DNA of 64,000 nucleotides from a virus (lineage: Duplodnaviria > Caudoviricetes): the IMG/VR virus record IMGVR_UViG_3300046167_000801; one strand, written 5' to 3'. Positions 46,339-56,641 of this stretch are shown piece by piece. Every line of letters starts with the position of its first letter. Position 1 is the first letter of the stretch. Made by a program: the position numbers and the translations under genes. The notes beneath the pieces were generated by a model. That model did no database searches and had not been told where the DNA came from. It worked only from the letters and a program-made list of their open reading frames with translations.

Positions 46339-46779
46339 ATGATATGGAAAGATTACTTTGTTAGTATTGCAGAACAAGTTAAAGAAAAGTCTAAAGATAT
46401 TAAGACTAAAATAGGTGCCGTTATTGTTGGTAAAGATAATGAGATATTAAGTACGGGATATAACTCATTCCCAAGAGGACTAAACGATAATGTGGTTCAG
46501 AGACAAGAACGACCTGAAAAATACTTTTGGTTTGAACATGCAGAAAGAAACGCCATATATAATGCAGCGAGAATAGGTGTATCATTAAAACAATCCACAG
46601 TATATCTAACTTCAGGACTACCATGTATGGACTGTGCAAGGGGTTTGGTACAATCGGGAGTAATAAAGATTGTATGTAAAAAACATTGTACTACTAAAAA
46701 TTCAGGTAAGTGGAAAGAAAGTCAAGAACGATCTCTTATTTTGTTGAATGAGTGTGGGGTAGAAGTCGAGTTTTATTAA
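46339..46779 (+). CDS. dCMP deaminase family protein
   Basis: STGYNSFPRG, HAERNAIYNAA, PCMDCARGLVQSG. Confidence 0.92.
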   Translation: MIWKDYFVSIAEQVKEKSKDIKTKIGAVIVGKDNEILSTGYNSFPRGLNDNVVQRQERPEKYFWFEHAERNAIYNAARIGVSLKQSTVYLTSGLPCMDCARGLVQSGVIKIVCKKHCTTKNSGKWKESQERSLILLNECGVEVEFY

Positions 46780-47047
46780 GTTTTCTTATTTTAACCTTTA
46801 AATCACCCGTCCCCTTAATAACTCTATGGAATTCACCTTCGGGGATATTAATAACTAACCCTTTAGTTATTTTAATTGGTAATTTATTATCCATTTGAAA
46901 TGACCAATCACTCTCGTGTAAAAAAGTAACCTCACGATCTTCGTTATCGAAGTGCCATTTTAATTCAGATTCATTTATATCTTTTGAAAACACTCGTGTA
47001 CTGTGGTTGTCGGATAATATTTCTCTATATGGTAAAGTATCCCCCAT
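46736..47047 (-). CDS. Small cupin-like protein
   Basis: LKWHFDNEDR...WSFQMDNKLP...IPEGEFHRVIKG. Confidence 0.65.
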   Translation of the reverse strand: MGDTLPYREILSDNHSTRVFSKDINESELKWHFDNEDREVTFLHESDWSFQMDNKLPIKITKGLVINIPEGEFHRVIKGTGDLKVKIRKLNKTRLLPHTHSTK

Positions 47048-47547
47048 TAAAGTTTAAAGTTTGTTCTTTTACTTTGTTTAATAATGTCCATTAATGAGTT
47101 AAAAACGTCTTTCTCATTAATGTAAAGTCCTCTAATTATTATTCTACCATATTCTATTAAAGAAACCCCTGTTTCCCACTCATCATAGTCTTTACCTACA
47201 TCACCTTCTTCCATTGCTATGGTAGCAAACATAGTTAAACTTTCTTCTACCATTTCGGCATTGTCTTTATCTAATCTATTATATGTGTAACGACCATCTT
47301 CATCCTCATCTTCTTCAGGATACATATCGGCCATATGGTAGTCAATATCTACCATATCAGTGTGAGATAAGTACTTAATTTTTGTCTGTTTGTTTCTTAC
47401 GATAAACAAACCAGTTTTCTTGTCCCATAACAATAAATCAAACTGATCTTCAACGTCATCAAGTTCATCATCATAAAACCCCATACCCGAGGAATCAGGA
47501 TACTCTGGTGGGTCGTAATAACCTTCAAATAAATTGTAAAGTTTCAT
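47047..47547 (-). CDS. Acidic hypothetical protein
   Basis: 166-aa ORF in - strand late operon. Confidence 0.7.
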   Translation of the reverse strand: MKLYNLFEGYYDPPEYPDSSGMGFYDDELDDVEDQFDLLLWDKKTGLFIVRNKQTKIKYLSHTDMVDIDYHMADMYPEEDEDEDGRYTYNRLDKDNAEMVEESLTMFATIAMEEGDVGKDYDEWETGVSLIEYGRIIIRGLYINEKDVFNSLMDIIKQSKRTNFKL

Positions 47548-47548
47548 A

Positions 47549-48532
47549 TTACCAAGGATTAGAGGATTTTATACCTAACGCCTTACGATATCTTGCAATA
47601 TTACAACTCCAATATCCTGCCTTAGTACGATCTTTCTTTTCACTACACTTATGTCTAGCTCTAAATGATTTAGCTGCCGCTTTGTTATTATTTCTAACTT
47701 TTAATTTCGGGTCACCAAAGGTTACTTTTTTAATAGTCCCTTTTGGAGTTTTCACGTATACCGCAAACTTCTTAGGTCCACCTGGTGTTCTAAAAGGTTT
47801 GTTTAATTTAACATTTCTACCTCTGTGTTTAGCCTCAACTAAATGTTCGTCTTGATTTTCCACAAATGGAATGTCTAAATAAACTTCTTTACCCTCATAT
47901 AATCCTGTTTGTCCTAAATCAGTCTTTATTAAATCTAAATCGATTCCTGAGACTTCTAAGACATTATCTTCACTTAATTGACGTACTTCATTATATATAT
48001 TGAAAAACTCATTAGAATAGATCCTATATACATTCTCGACGATTGGTAGGTTATTATCTATATGGTATTGTAGTCCTTCACTTAAAACTTTAGATTCATT
48101 TACTAAATTAAGTTTAGGTTCTTGAATGTCTAATTTTTTTTGTTCTAAATTGTGGAAAACCAAAGAGATTATTCTGTTCTCATCAATACTAGTGTATGTA
48201 GGGGTATTTCCCTTACCCTTCTTATTACTTTTTCTTTCTGCACGTCTTTTTTGACGAGTCATTTTCTTTTTATCTTTCTTAGTATATGAACTTGTGGTTT
48301 TAGGAGTCTTTTTACTGACTTTTTTGGACGGTCTACATTTAGGGTAACCTTTTCTCTTCTTGTCACCATCCGCATCTTTACGACCACATGGTGGGTGTTT
48401 ACCATCTATTTTTCTAGATACATCAACCCATTTTTCTTTAAACCAACGACCCAAATCTTCTTGGAGGACCTCACCATTTGATAGGCAGTCTTCCATATAT
48501 TTTTTATCTTCTTCGTTGATATGTATTTTCAT
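47549..48532 (-). CDS. Putative virion protein with basic Cys/Trp-containing domains
   Basis: EDLGRWFKEKWVD...PPCGR...YPKCRP; KLNKPFRTPGGPKKFAVYV...FGDP...FRARHKC...AGYWSC. Confidence 0.7.
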   Translation of the reverse strand: MKIHINEEDKKYMEDCLSNGEVLQEDLGRWFKEKWVDVSRKIDGKHPPCGRKDADGDKKRKGYPKCRPSKKVSKKTPKTTSSYTKKDKKKMTRQKRRAERKSNKKGKGNTPTYTSIDENRIISLVFHNLEQKKLDIQEPKLNLVNESKVLSEGLQYHIDNNLPIVENVYRIYSNEFFNIYNEVRQLSEDNVLEVSGIDLDLIKTDLGQTGLYEGKEVYLDIPFVENQDEHLVEAKHRGRNVKLNKPFRTPGGPKKFAVYVKTPKGTIKKVTFGDPKLKVRNNNKAAAKSFRARHKCSEKKDRTKAGYWSCNIARYRKALGIKSSNPW

Positions 48533-48541
48533 TTTTCTATA

Positions 48542-49282
48542 TTATTTCTTTGGTGTTGATGGTGGGTTTAAAAATTCTTGAAATTTCTTAGTTAGTTGTT
48601 CAAGTTCAGGATCATTCATACCATCAAGTAGATCACTTGAATATTGTTTTATAAACGATGGTGTTACAAACATGTAGGTATCTTTATGTATAGTTAACTC
48701 AGTACTTGTACTATGTTCTTTTATACAAGGTCCTATAGACAATGCTTGTGAATTTTGTTCAGTATCAAAAGTACATACAATAGCACTAATGACGGGCATA
48801 CCTAACAAGTACTCACATACGAATATAATGTTACTTGCCTTCTTTGATGTATGATCCTTATTTCCTGAAATAGTTAATCCCTCTTTTCCAACCGAACTAA
48901 CCATCGCCTTTGCAAATGCCAATCCTCCTACACCTGTGGCTAGTCCAAGAACCCCTTCTAATAGTTCCTTAGAAAACGTAGCTCCCCAAGAATTAGATTT
49001 ATGATTAACATCTTCTTCGTTAACGTGTACGAAACAACCCGAAGAGTCTATTATTTTTTGTAATGCATCATAATCATAAAGAGATTTACCTTCATTATCC
49101 AACGCCTTTGTCATTGCACCAAAAAATACGGATACTTCCGCAAATACATCTCTTACTTCTTTTTCTATTGTTGCATTGGTCATATCAGTAGTTGCCATCA
49201 TGATATTACCTGTTTCATTAAATACAAACCCTTTTTTAACTTCTTGGTTATTTGGGTCTTGTTGTGTTACTTTATCAGCCAT
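48542..49282 (-). CDS. Possible Evf (Erwinia virulence factor)/Cyt-toxin-like protein
   Basis: GFVFNETGNIMM...DVFAEVSVFFGAM...FVCEYLLGMP...GPC...HKDTYMFVTP recalled as an Evf-family pattern; not verified by search. Confidence 0.5.
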   Translation of the reverse strand: MADKVTQQDPNNQEVKKGFVFNETGNIMMATTDMTNATIEKEVRDVFAEVSVFFGAMTKALDNEGKSLYDYDALQKIIDSSGCFVHVNEEDVNHKSNSWGATFSKELLEGVLGLATGVGGLAFAKAMVSSVGKEGLTISGNKDHTSKKASNIIFVCEYLLGMPVISAIVCTFDTEQNSQALSIGPCIKEHSTSTELTIHKDTYMFVTPSFIKQYSSDLLDGMNDPELEQLTKKFQEFLNPPSTPKK

Positions 49283-49300
49283 ATTATTTTATTTAAAATT

Positions 49301-49744
49301 TTATTTTTTCTTTTTACAGTATGAACCTGAACATCTTTTTTTACCATCTAAACCTTTAATTTTTCCTTTACAAACTTGGACCGCATAACCATTGGCATAT
49401 GCACTTGGGTAAACGTCGAATTTAGATTTAGCCGCAGATATTCCTCTTGAACATAATTTGTTTTTCTTTTTTTTCTTTGCTTCGTGTAATTCATGACCAT
49501 CTTCAGTTTGATTCATTAGGAAATCTAAAACTTGGTCCATATTTTCCTTCGCAACACTAACGTGGTCGTCTGCCCAATCATGACCATTTTGTAATATATC
49601 TTCGATTACATTTTTATCTAAGTTTAAAAGAATATCACATTGTCTACGTATTTGTTCAAGATTACTAAAGAACATATAATTCTCTGTTCTCTCTTCGTTG
49701 AGTGTGTTTAAATGTTTTTTTATTAATTTTTTAATATTGTCCAT
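49301..49744 (-). CDS. DUF5872-like protein
   Basis: AAKSKFDVYPSAYANGYAVQVCKG. Confidence 0.65.
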   Translation of the reverse strand: MDNIKKLIKKHLNTLNEERTENYMFFSNLEQIRRQCDILLNLDKNVIEDILQNGHDWADDHVSVAKENMDQVLDFLMNQTEDGHELHEAKKKKKNKLCSRGISAAKSKFDVYPSAYANGYAVQVCKGKIKGLDGKKRCSGSYCKKKK

Positions 49745-49758
49745 ATCTAATAAGTATT

Positions 49759-51132
49759 TTATTTTTCGGATACAATTTCGAATTTTATTGCTTCGGGATA
49801 AAAAATCTCCTCGTTATGTTTAATACCCTTCACTTCTATGTAATATTCTCTTGGTATTAGTATTGAAGTATCTAACATAAAACTATTTTCATTGGTCACA
49901 TCCATGTAAGTCCAATCAAAAACATTTACATTACTTACCCCCTCTTTAATATAGATACGATAGAAAACCTCATCAAACAATTCGTTTGTTGATTTACTAA
50001 TTGTTCTAAATATTGTGGTTAGTTTTCTTACTTCACCCGATTTGATTTTTTCATTTTGTTTTATACCTGAATATTGTACAATATATTTATTGGATTCTTT
50101 TTGATTTTCACCAATACTAAATTTAGAAGAATATGGTTTAGGTATAAATTTTTGTGTTATATCGGGAAAAGTGTTTCCCTCGATTTTAATTCCTTTCCAC
50201 ACATCGTAGAAGAAACGTTTACCGTCACAAACCAATCCATCTATACCTAATATAACTCTGTAAACTCCTTTTCTAACTTTTTCAACAGTAAGATCGGTTA
50301 AACCAGATATCGGAGTTTTAGTTGAGTCTAAAATATCAACACTTGGTATTTGATCTAAGTCAAAGAAGTTGGTTTCTTTATTCACATATAAAAATAAATT
50401 CTGATCTGTTTTTTCTATAAAATTTTCACGATCATCAATAATCCTATCATCGAAGTTGGTTTCTAAGTAAGGTTCAAAAAATGTCTGTGTATATTTTGTA
50501 AAGAATGCAACCGATTGGTCTACTTCAGATGACAGATCTTCATAAAGAGGTTCAAATGCAACACCCAAACCATAATTTACTGTAGTACCCGTTAAAATTC
50601 CGTTTACGTAATCTGTTATATCTACATCTAAATTTTCATTACCATTATCAAACTGTTGTTCACCAATAATGGTTGGGTTATTAGAGTATACTCCCTCTGC
50701 AGACCATGAGTCTAAAGTTGTCCTTGAGAACCAATTTGAAGGTCTTATATCAAAAGTATCATTTCCTGTGGTGTAATCATATCCTGAATCTTCATAATCA
50801 AAACCAACACCCTCATCCCAATACTGATCTATTTTAAATAATATAAGTTTAAATGAAGTGGTTCTTTCTCTTCCTGTACCTCTTTTTGCACCTAAGAATG
50901 TCTCATCCCCAAAAATAGTGTTGGTCATGTGAATTCTATGTACTGTATTTGAGTTCAGGACGTAATCACCATTATCCACTTTAGATTTTAAACCATCTAA
51001 ATCTAATTTTAGGATAAACTTAGAAAACCCTGACCCATAAAAAATTTCAGTTGCAGGGTTTTTAGAGGTATTAACCTTTAATCCTTTAATTATTGTATTG
51101 TTTTTCTCAAAATATGAACGATAGTATGACAT
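49759..51132 (-). CDS. Putative virion structural (baseplate/tail-associated) beta-rich protein
   Basis: 457 aa; late motif upstream; QQFDNGNENLDVDIT...NYGLGVAF...FFTKYTQTFFEPYLE. Confidence 0.6.
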   Translation of the reverse strand: MSYYRSYFEKNNTIIKGLKVNTSKNPATEIFYGSGFSKFILKLDLDGLKSKVDNGDYVLNSNTVHRIHMTNTIFGDETFLGAKRGTGRERTTSFKLILFKIDQYWDEGVGFDYEDSGYDYTTGNDTFDIRPSNWFSRTTLDSWSAEGVYSNNPTIIGEQQFDNGNENLDVDITDYVNGILTGTTVNYGLGVAFEPLYEDLSSEVDQSVAFFTKYTQTFFEPYLETNFDDRIIDDRENFIEKTDQNLFLYVNKETNFFDLDQIPSVDILDSTKTPISGLTDLTVEKVRKGVYRVILGIDGLVCDGKRFFYDVWKGIKIEGNTFPDITQKFIPKPYSSKFSIGENQKESNKYIVQYSGIKQNEKIKSGEVRKLTTIFRTISKSTNELFDEVFYRIYIKEGVSNVNVFDWTYMDVTNENSFMLDTSILIPREYYIEVKGIKHNEEIFYPEAIKFEIVSEK

Positions 51133-51162
51133 CTTGTAATTAGTTTCTTATATAAATATCAC

Positions 51163-52662
51163 TTAGTTTATTCTAATCGACTTATTTAAGATGTCATTTT
51201 CAAGTGTTTTTCTAAGTTCTACTAATTTATCCCAATCCGAGTAACCATTTTTTACCATTGGTTTTGTTGGTTGGTGAGCATGACCCGCAATAACTCTTGT
51301 TAAAATGTCTAAATAATCCAACAAGGTTTCACCTCTCACAGTTGCGTAGGTGTTAGGTTCAATCGAAGATAGAAGTTCTTCTTGAGTGTATTCGTATTTG
51401 TTTAACTTGTTGAATAATATTTTTTTAGTCCCCACAACATTTGTGTCGGTAGATATCATAAAAATTCTATCAGAAGATAATGTACTAAATGACTGTTCAA
51501 GTGTTGAAGAAACTGTTTTAAGTATTTTTTCTTTTTTCTTTTCTGTTTTTGGTTTTGGTGTTGGTTCATTCGGACTATAAACTAGACCTGAACCCATTAC
51601 CGTAGTACCAAGACAAGAAGGTGTCACTTTACTTAAAAAGGTAGGGTTAGTTAATGTTCTCACAGGTCTGTAATAAAACGGGTGTAAATCTATTTTGGGT
51701 AGATTACCGTCGAACTTTCTAATACCCTCGGAATTCATTTCACATATGGTTTTCCGTATGGTTATATATGCTAACTCATAACTATCAACAGTTTGGGAGA
51801 ATGAGGGTGACGACAAGGTACCATCTGTATTAATTAATTTAATTTGTTCAGAATAGTCTGATAGGTCTTGAGCAACATCACTGTTAAAGACGTTGGTGTT
51901 AAATGTTTGTCCGTAAATTTTCTTTACTTCATAAATGTACCAATCAATAACGTATTCCGACTGACCAGTTTGACTATTATTAATATTATACTCAACTATA
52001 TAGGAAAGTTTTTTGAAGGGTACTGAGGTCACTTCAGTCTCTTCTTCTTTAATTTCTTGTTTTGTTCCAAATTTTTTCAAACTTAGAATTGATCTCTTTT
52101 CGGAAAGTATGGGGTAGTTTATTATATCGGTCCTAACTTTATCCGACGAACTATCTTTAGACACTAATTTACCACCTCTAAGAGTTAAACCATTTTCAGT
52201 GAATAAAACATCTGAACCATAGGGTCCATATATTGCGTAGTCTTTAAGATTAGATAATGTCCCTTCTGATTTTTCTTTAACATATGTCCCATTTTCTGAG
52301 AATACGTTGTTCATTTTTTTAACGTTAGATCCGTAACTAGTATTTTCTACTTGTCTAGCATTAGTTTGACTTTGGAAATCATGTACTGTGGTGAATGGTC
52401 CTGCTATGTATTCCCTGTTAACTAAATCATTTTCAGGATTATATACAATTATTTTTACCGCCTGACCTATTTCAGGTATAAAATTAATATTTGTGGGTAG
52501 AAATGGATTGGCAATAAAAGGATCGTTATCGTCCCATGGTTCATATTCCCTTGACTTCTCTATAGGTCCTGTGGGTGTACCTGTAAGTTTAACGCGTATT
52601 CTACCAATCCCCTTAGGGTCGACATTATTATCAACAATCGCCAAACTTATAATACTACTCAT
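51163..52662 (-). CDS. Baseplate hub gp5/Vgr-like protein (N-terminal OB fold)
   Basis: IVDNNVDPKGIGRIRV...PEIGQAVKI; C-terminal VRGETLLDYL...HAH. Confidence 0.65.
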   Translation of the reverse strand: MSSIISLAIVDNNVDPKGIGRIRVKLTGTPTGPIEKSREYEPWDDNDPFIANPFLPTNINFIPEIGQAVKIIVYNPENDLVNREYIAGPFTTVHDFQSQTNARQVENTSYGSNVKKMNNVFSENGTYVKEKSEGTLSNLKDYAIYGPYGSDVLFTENGLTLRGGKLVSKDSSSDKVRTDIINYPILSEKRSILSLKKFGTKQEIKEEETEVTSVPFKKLSYIVEYNINNSQTGQSEYVIDWYIYEVKKIYGQTFNTNVFNSDVAQDLSDYSEQIKLINTDGTLSSPSFSQTVDSYELAYITIRKTICEMNSEGIRKFDGNLPKIDLHPFYYRPVRTLTNPTFLSKVTPSCLGTTVMGSGLVYSPNEPTPKPKTEKKKEKILKTVSSTLEQSFSTLSSDRIFMISTDTNVVGTKKILFNKLNKYEYTQEELLSSIEPNTYATVRGETLLDYLDILTRVIAGHAHQPTKPMVKNGYSDWDKLVELRKTLENDILNKSIRIN

Positions 52663-52862
52663 TATTTGTTCACTCTATTTAACATCTCATCGTTTATATT
52701 ATTGTACAATTGCTCAATCTTATCCAAATGTTTAGTTAATTCTACAATACTATATTTTGTCTTTTCAAACTCATCATTTAAAAATTCTAAACCTTCCTCT
52801 AAATCTTTATTAGATTTTACTGAAGGTTCATTTGAAACCTCTAAAACTTTTTTTAAATCCAT
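52662..52862 (-). CDS. Small coiled-coil protein
   Basis: Start reassigned to MDLKKV at 52862. Confidence 0.65.
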   Translation of the reverse strand: MDLKKVLEVSNEPSVKSNKDLEEGLEFLNDEFEKTKYSIVELTKHLDKIEQLYNNINDEMLNRVNK

Positions 52863-52863
52863 A

Positions 52864-54759
52864 TTAGAACATTTTACCTGAAAAATTAATAAACCCTGGA
52901 GGTATAGGTATTGGTCCCATAGGAGACGCCAATACTGTAAACTTATTACCACCCTTGATGTGTGAGTTAGTGTCTATTTCTTCACTTTGACCATCTATCA
53001 TACTTTTTACCATTCCCATCATTTCATTGGCCTCACCATATATAGGTCCCGTATTAAGACCCAAACCGGCCATTCTCTCAGCCGCGTTCATATACGCTCT
53101 ATCCGCACTATACCCCGGTAACAAATCTGAAAAACTAAGTAATATACCAGGTATATTGATTGTGGGACCTCTCATATTTATCGCCCCTAATATCGTGTCT
53201 ATTATTGCTTGGAATATTGCCAAACAATTATCAAGACCACGAGCCAATATTTTTCTAATAAGTGCGATAATTGCTAAAAGTATTCTTCTGAATCTTTTAA
53301 ATTTATTTGTGATTATCTTTAACGCAATTTCTTTAACAAAATTTAAAAGGTCTCTTTTAATAAATCCCCAAAACTCTTTTATAAATCTCCAAAAAACATC
53401 TTTTATTATTTTGAAGAATAGTTTTGAAAGTTTTTTCATTATGTCTTTTACATCACCCGCAAATCCCTTTATCTGTTTCCATGCAACAATTATAGGGAAC
53501 ATCATTTTAGGTGATATTATTGATGAAACTAATGCCTTTGGTACATTTAAGATAAATAAATTTATAAGTTCTAAATTAATATTATCTATTGGTGCAAAAT
53601 TGTCACTCTGTATTGCTGAATTATTTGCCGCGTTTGCCAAGGTTGAATCCACTAATTGACCTAAATCTCCATTTTGTGAGAGGTAAACAAAATCTTCAAA
53701 ATTATCGGATGAGGACGGTACTTCAAAATTACCACAATCTACGAATCTAAGTACTTTACGATATCTTGCATCTTCATCATCTAAATCTATACCCTCTACA
53801 TCATTGAAATCGAAATACGATTCAATATCTTGATCGTTCTCATTAAATTGTTTACTCGTTGTTTGTATAAGTCCCGAATCTTCACTTGGAGAGTTACATA
53901 TTTTAAATAACTTATTACAGAGTTTGTTTAATTCATTAACCGCCTTATCAAAAACAGGTGGATTCTCACCATCTCCTTGTAGAGTCATTAACATTGCGGT
54001 TTTAACAATATATTCAAAACTAGGTTGTTCAATACTACTGTAGTAATCCCCAACAAACTGACCTACCTTAGGTACGGTACCACCACCACCTTGTAATCCA
54101 CTTACATCGTACTTTTGAGTACCGGCATTCCAATTTAAATCAAATAAACTCGCACCTGAATTGGAACTAAAAGTGTATGGGTTTGAGAAAGTGTCGTAAA
54201 AATCTCTATTCATTTTTACATTACCCGTACTACTATTTGGGTCCTCATACATTATTAGACCTACTTTGGAGTTGGGTTCGGTTTGTAAAACTTCTAAGAA
54301 GTCAAACTCTTTAGGTGAAATAGACATTGTGTTTGCGGGCATATCTGTATCTACACCACATATACTTGTCTCCTCATCTACAAACAATACTTTTTTAACG
54401 GCATCTGCAACAATATTTTTAGAGTCTTCAGAGGTTATCCTTGCCGACTCCATTGCATATTTCTTAATCTTATTACCTGATATTAATTTATCATTAACCT
54501 GAATGTCGTTACTTTTATTACTAAGAAACCCAGACGCAACATCTATGATCGAACTGAATATATCGGTTTTCTCACCTTTTTTCTTAAACTTAGATTTTAG
54601 ACCATCTATTTTGGTCTGTAATAGTTTATCGGTCTTGGTTATACCATCCGCATAAATGTCATATAATTCGTCAGTGTTTAATTTAGGATCATCATTGATC
54701 TTTTTAATCACATCGATTTTAGACTTTAATTTATTTCTAAGTTGTTTAACCTTACTCAT
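52864..54759 (-). CDS. Large hypothetical (putative baseplate/tail) protein
   Basis: 631 aa; amphipathic helical C-terminal part. Confidence 0.7.
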   Translation of the reverse strand: MSKVKQLRNKLKSKIDVIKKINDDPKLNTDELYDIYADGITKTDKLLQTKIDGLKSKFKKKGEKTDIFSSIIDVASGFLSNKSNDIQVNDKLISGNKIKKYAMESARITSEDSKNIVADAVKKVLFVDEETSICGVDTDMPANTMSISPKEFDFLEVLQTEPNSKVGLIMYEDPNSSTGNVKMNRDFYDTFSNPYTFSSNSGASLFDLNWNAGTQKYDVSGLQGGGGTVPKVGQFVGDYYSSIEQPSFEYIVKTAMLMTLQGDGENPPVFDKAVNELNKLCNKLFKICNSPSEDSGLIQTTSKQFNENDQDIESYFDFNDVEGIDLDDEDARYRKVLRFVDCGNFEVPSSSDNFEDFVYLSQNGDLGQLVDSTLANAANNSAIQSDNFAPIDNINLELINLFILNVPKALVSSIISPKMMFPIIVAWKQIKGFAGDVKDIMKKLSKLFFKIIKDVFWRFIKEFWGFIKRDLLNFVKEIALKIITNKFKRFRRILLAIIALIRKILARGLDNCLAIFQAIIDTILGAINMRGPTINIPGILLSFSDLLPGYSADRAYMNAAERMAGLGLNTGPIYGEANEMMGMVKSMIDGQSEEIDTNSHIKGGNKFTVLASPMGPIPIPPGFINFSGKMF

Positions 54760-55136
54760 TACATCTTATAATTTTGAGTATTATCTGTGGGTTCATCATC
54801 CTCTCTCATAAGTTTTTCCAGTAAAATTCTATCCTCTTCGGATAGGTCCATTTTACCCCCTGACTGTGGACCACTACCTCCTGTTTGTTTAAGGAGTGTA
54901 CTTTGTAATTTCACAAGGGAAATTTTCTTTTCAGTACAATCGTTCATGATCTTCTGTTGTTCTTTAATAACTGGTCCAATTACACTCATATCTTCCGCTT
55001 CTTTCATAAAACTCAACATCTTTTTAGTAATCATACTAGCCGTCTGTTTTTGTTCAACAATGTCGTTATATATTTCTTGCATAAGTGCAAGTGCAGAATC
55101 AGTATCTAAAGACAATAAATTCTTTTTCCTTCTCAT
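54759..55136 (-). CDS. Conserved hypothetical helical protein
   Basis: TATTTATA motif 4 nt upstream. Confidence 0.7.
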   Translation of the reverse strand: MRRKKNLLSLDTDSALALMQEIYNDIVEQKQTASMITKKMLSFMKEAEDMSVIGPVIKEQQKIMNDCTEKKISLVKLQSTLLKQTGGSGPQSGGKMDLSEEDRILLEKLMREDDEPTDNTQNYKM

Positions 55137-55154
55137 ACCTATAAATAGATTGTT

Positions 55155-55856
55155 CTAGTAATTTATAAAATCTAACTTCAATACCTCATAGAGTTTTTTA
55201 AACTTTTTCATAGCAACTCTTATTTCTTTGGTAGATAGTGAAGTCATCTCACGTAAGGATAATAGAATTAAGTTTTTATTAAACTTATTACCTTCACCCA
55301 CTTGAAATATCTTTTCAAAGTTGGTAAAGACCTCAACAAGGGCATATCCTAACTTCTGTTCATTCTCATTAAGGGTTTCTTCTTCGATAAATTTTTCTAA
55401 TTCAACCGTAAGTTTATTTACGACATCCTTATAATCTATAATTTCTTCGTCTATAATGTAAGAAAGGTCCGCCCTATCTTCAATCCGTGAGGATATGTCT
55501 TCATAGGAAACAGACCTGTTCATTAGTTTTTGGTCTTTCTGTATTGTACCCATAAGGTAATTTTTACAGATAGTACCGAAATAGGAATATGCTTTATAAT
55601 TTTTAGTCGTATCAAACTTACTGATCTTAGTCATTAAAAATGATAATGTATCAGTATGTATTTGTTCGAAATTATAGTCTTTCCTATAAAGTTTGTAACG
55701 GCGAATTATACTTTCCACCATTATTTTGAGAGGTTCTCTTAAATATTCATTAAATATCTTATTCTTTTCGTCTTCGTTTTCTGATTCTAAAAATCTTACT
55801 ACCGCTTGTTCTTGCTCCTCCCCAAAGTACATTTTTTGGGTTCTTTTTCTGGGCAT
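55155..55856 (-). CDS. Phage RNA polymerase sigma-factor-like protein (region 2; gp55-like late sigma candidate)
   Basis: LSFLMTKISKFDTTKNYKAYSYFGTICKNYL resembles sigma70 region 2.2-2.3. Confidence 0.7.
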   Translation of the reverse strand: MPRKRTQKMYFGEEQEQAVVRFLESENEDEKNKIFNEYLREPLKIMVESIIRRYKLYRKDYNFEQIHTDTLSFLMTKISKFDTTKNYKAYSYFGTICKNYLMGTIQKDQKLMNRSVSYEDISSRIEDRADLSYIIDEEIIDYKDVVNKLTVELEKFIEEETLNENEQKLGYALVEVFTNFEKIFQVGEGNKFNKNLILLSLREMTSLSTKEIRVAMKKFKKLYEVLKLDFINY

Positions 55857-56641
55857 TAATTGTCTACGTATTCTACTTCTCGTTTATTCTTGAAGAAAAA
55901 TTCTTTTTTAGCGGTCTCCAACCAAAACTTAGCTTCACCATCACCTAATTTGTGATCGTCTGAGTTTTTATAGGACCAAAATAATGAGTCTTCTCTAAAG
56001 TTTACATGTCTATACCCAACTTGAGGGATAGTGGCCACTTTAGCGCCGTTATGAGTTAATCTCAATAAAAACTCATAACTAAATGTGAGTTTAATATTAT
56101 CTTTAAATGAACCATTTTCTTTAATAACTTCTGTTTTATAGAAACCACCACTTGTTTGGTAATTTTGATAATCTAAAAGTATTTCATTACTTAGTTCTCC
56201 TTGGTTCTCACTGAAACCATATGCCCAAACAGATTCATTTGTAAAATTCAAAAGTTTACCTTCAGAATTAACATCTTTAACGATTGGTAATAGGATATCC
56301 GCGTCAGGGAAAAGAGTATGGTATGTTCTAAATGACTTAATCCAATTAGGTGTGTATTCATCATCTATCTCCAATATTGAAAACCATTCAGTTTCACAAT
56401 TATCAATTCCCAAATTTACTTGAGAACAGAAACCTGTGTCCCCTTCATTGATTACTATATTAACATCTAATTTATCTGAAATACTATCTTTTTTTAGATC
56501 TCCCAAGACATTTTTAGGTCCCACTAATAATAGGGAGACATCGTCATGAAACTGTTCTACAGAAAGTATTGCTCTTGAAAACATTTCATTATATTCACCT
56601 TTCAAATCGTGAATAGGTAATATTACGGTTATATTTTTCAT
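55856..56641 (-). CDS. Glycosyltransferase family 2
   Basis: ITVILPIH, QVNLGIDNCETEWFSILEIDDEY. Confidence 0.85.
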   Translation of the reverse strand: MKNITVILPIHDLKGEYNEMFSRAILSVEQFHDDVSLLLVGPKNVLGDLKKDSISDKLDVNIVINEGDTGFCSQVNLGIDNCETEWFSILEIDDEYTPNWIKSFRTYHTLFPDADILLPIVKDVNSEGKLLNFTNESVWAYGFSENQGELSNEILLDYQNYQTSGGFYKTEVIKENGSFKDNIKLTFSYEFLLRLTHNGAKVATIPQVGYRHVNFREDSLFWSYKNSDDHKLGDGEAKFWLETAKKEFFFKNKREVEYVDN

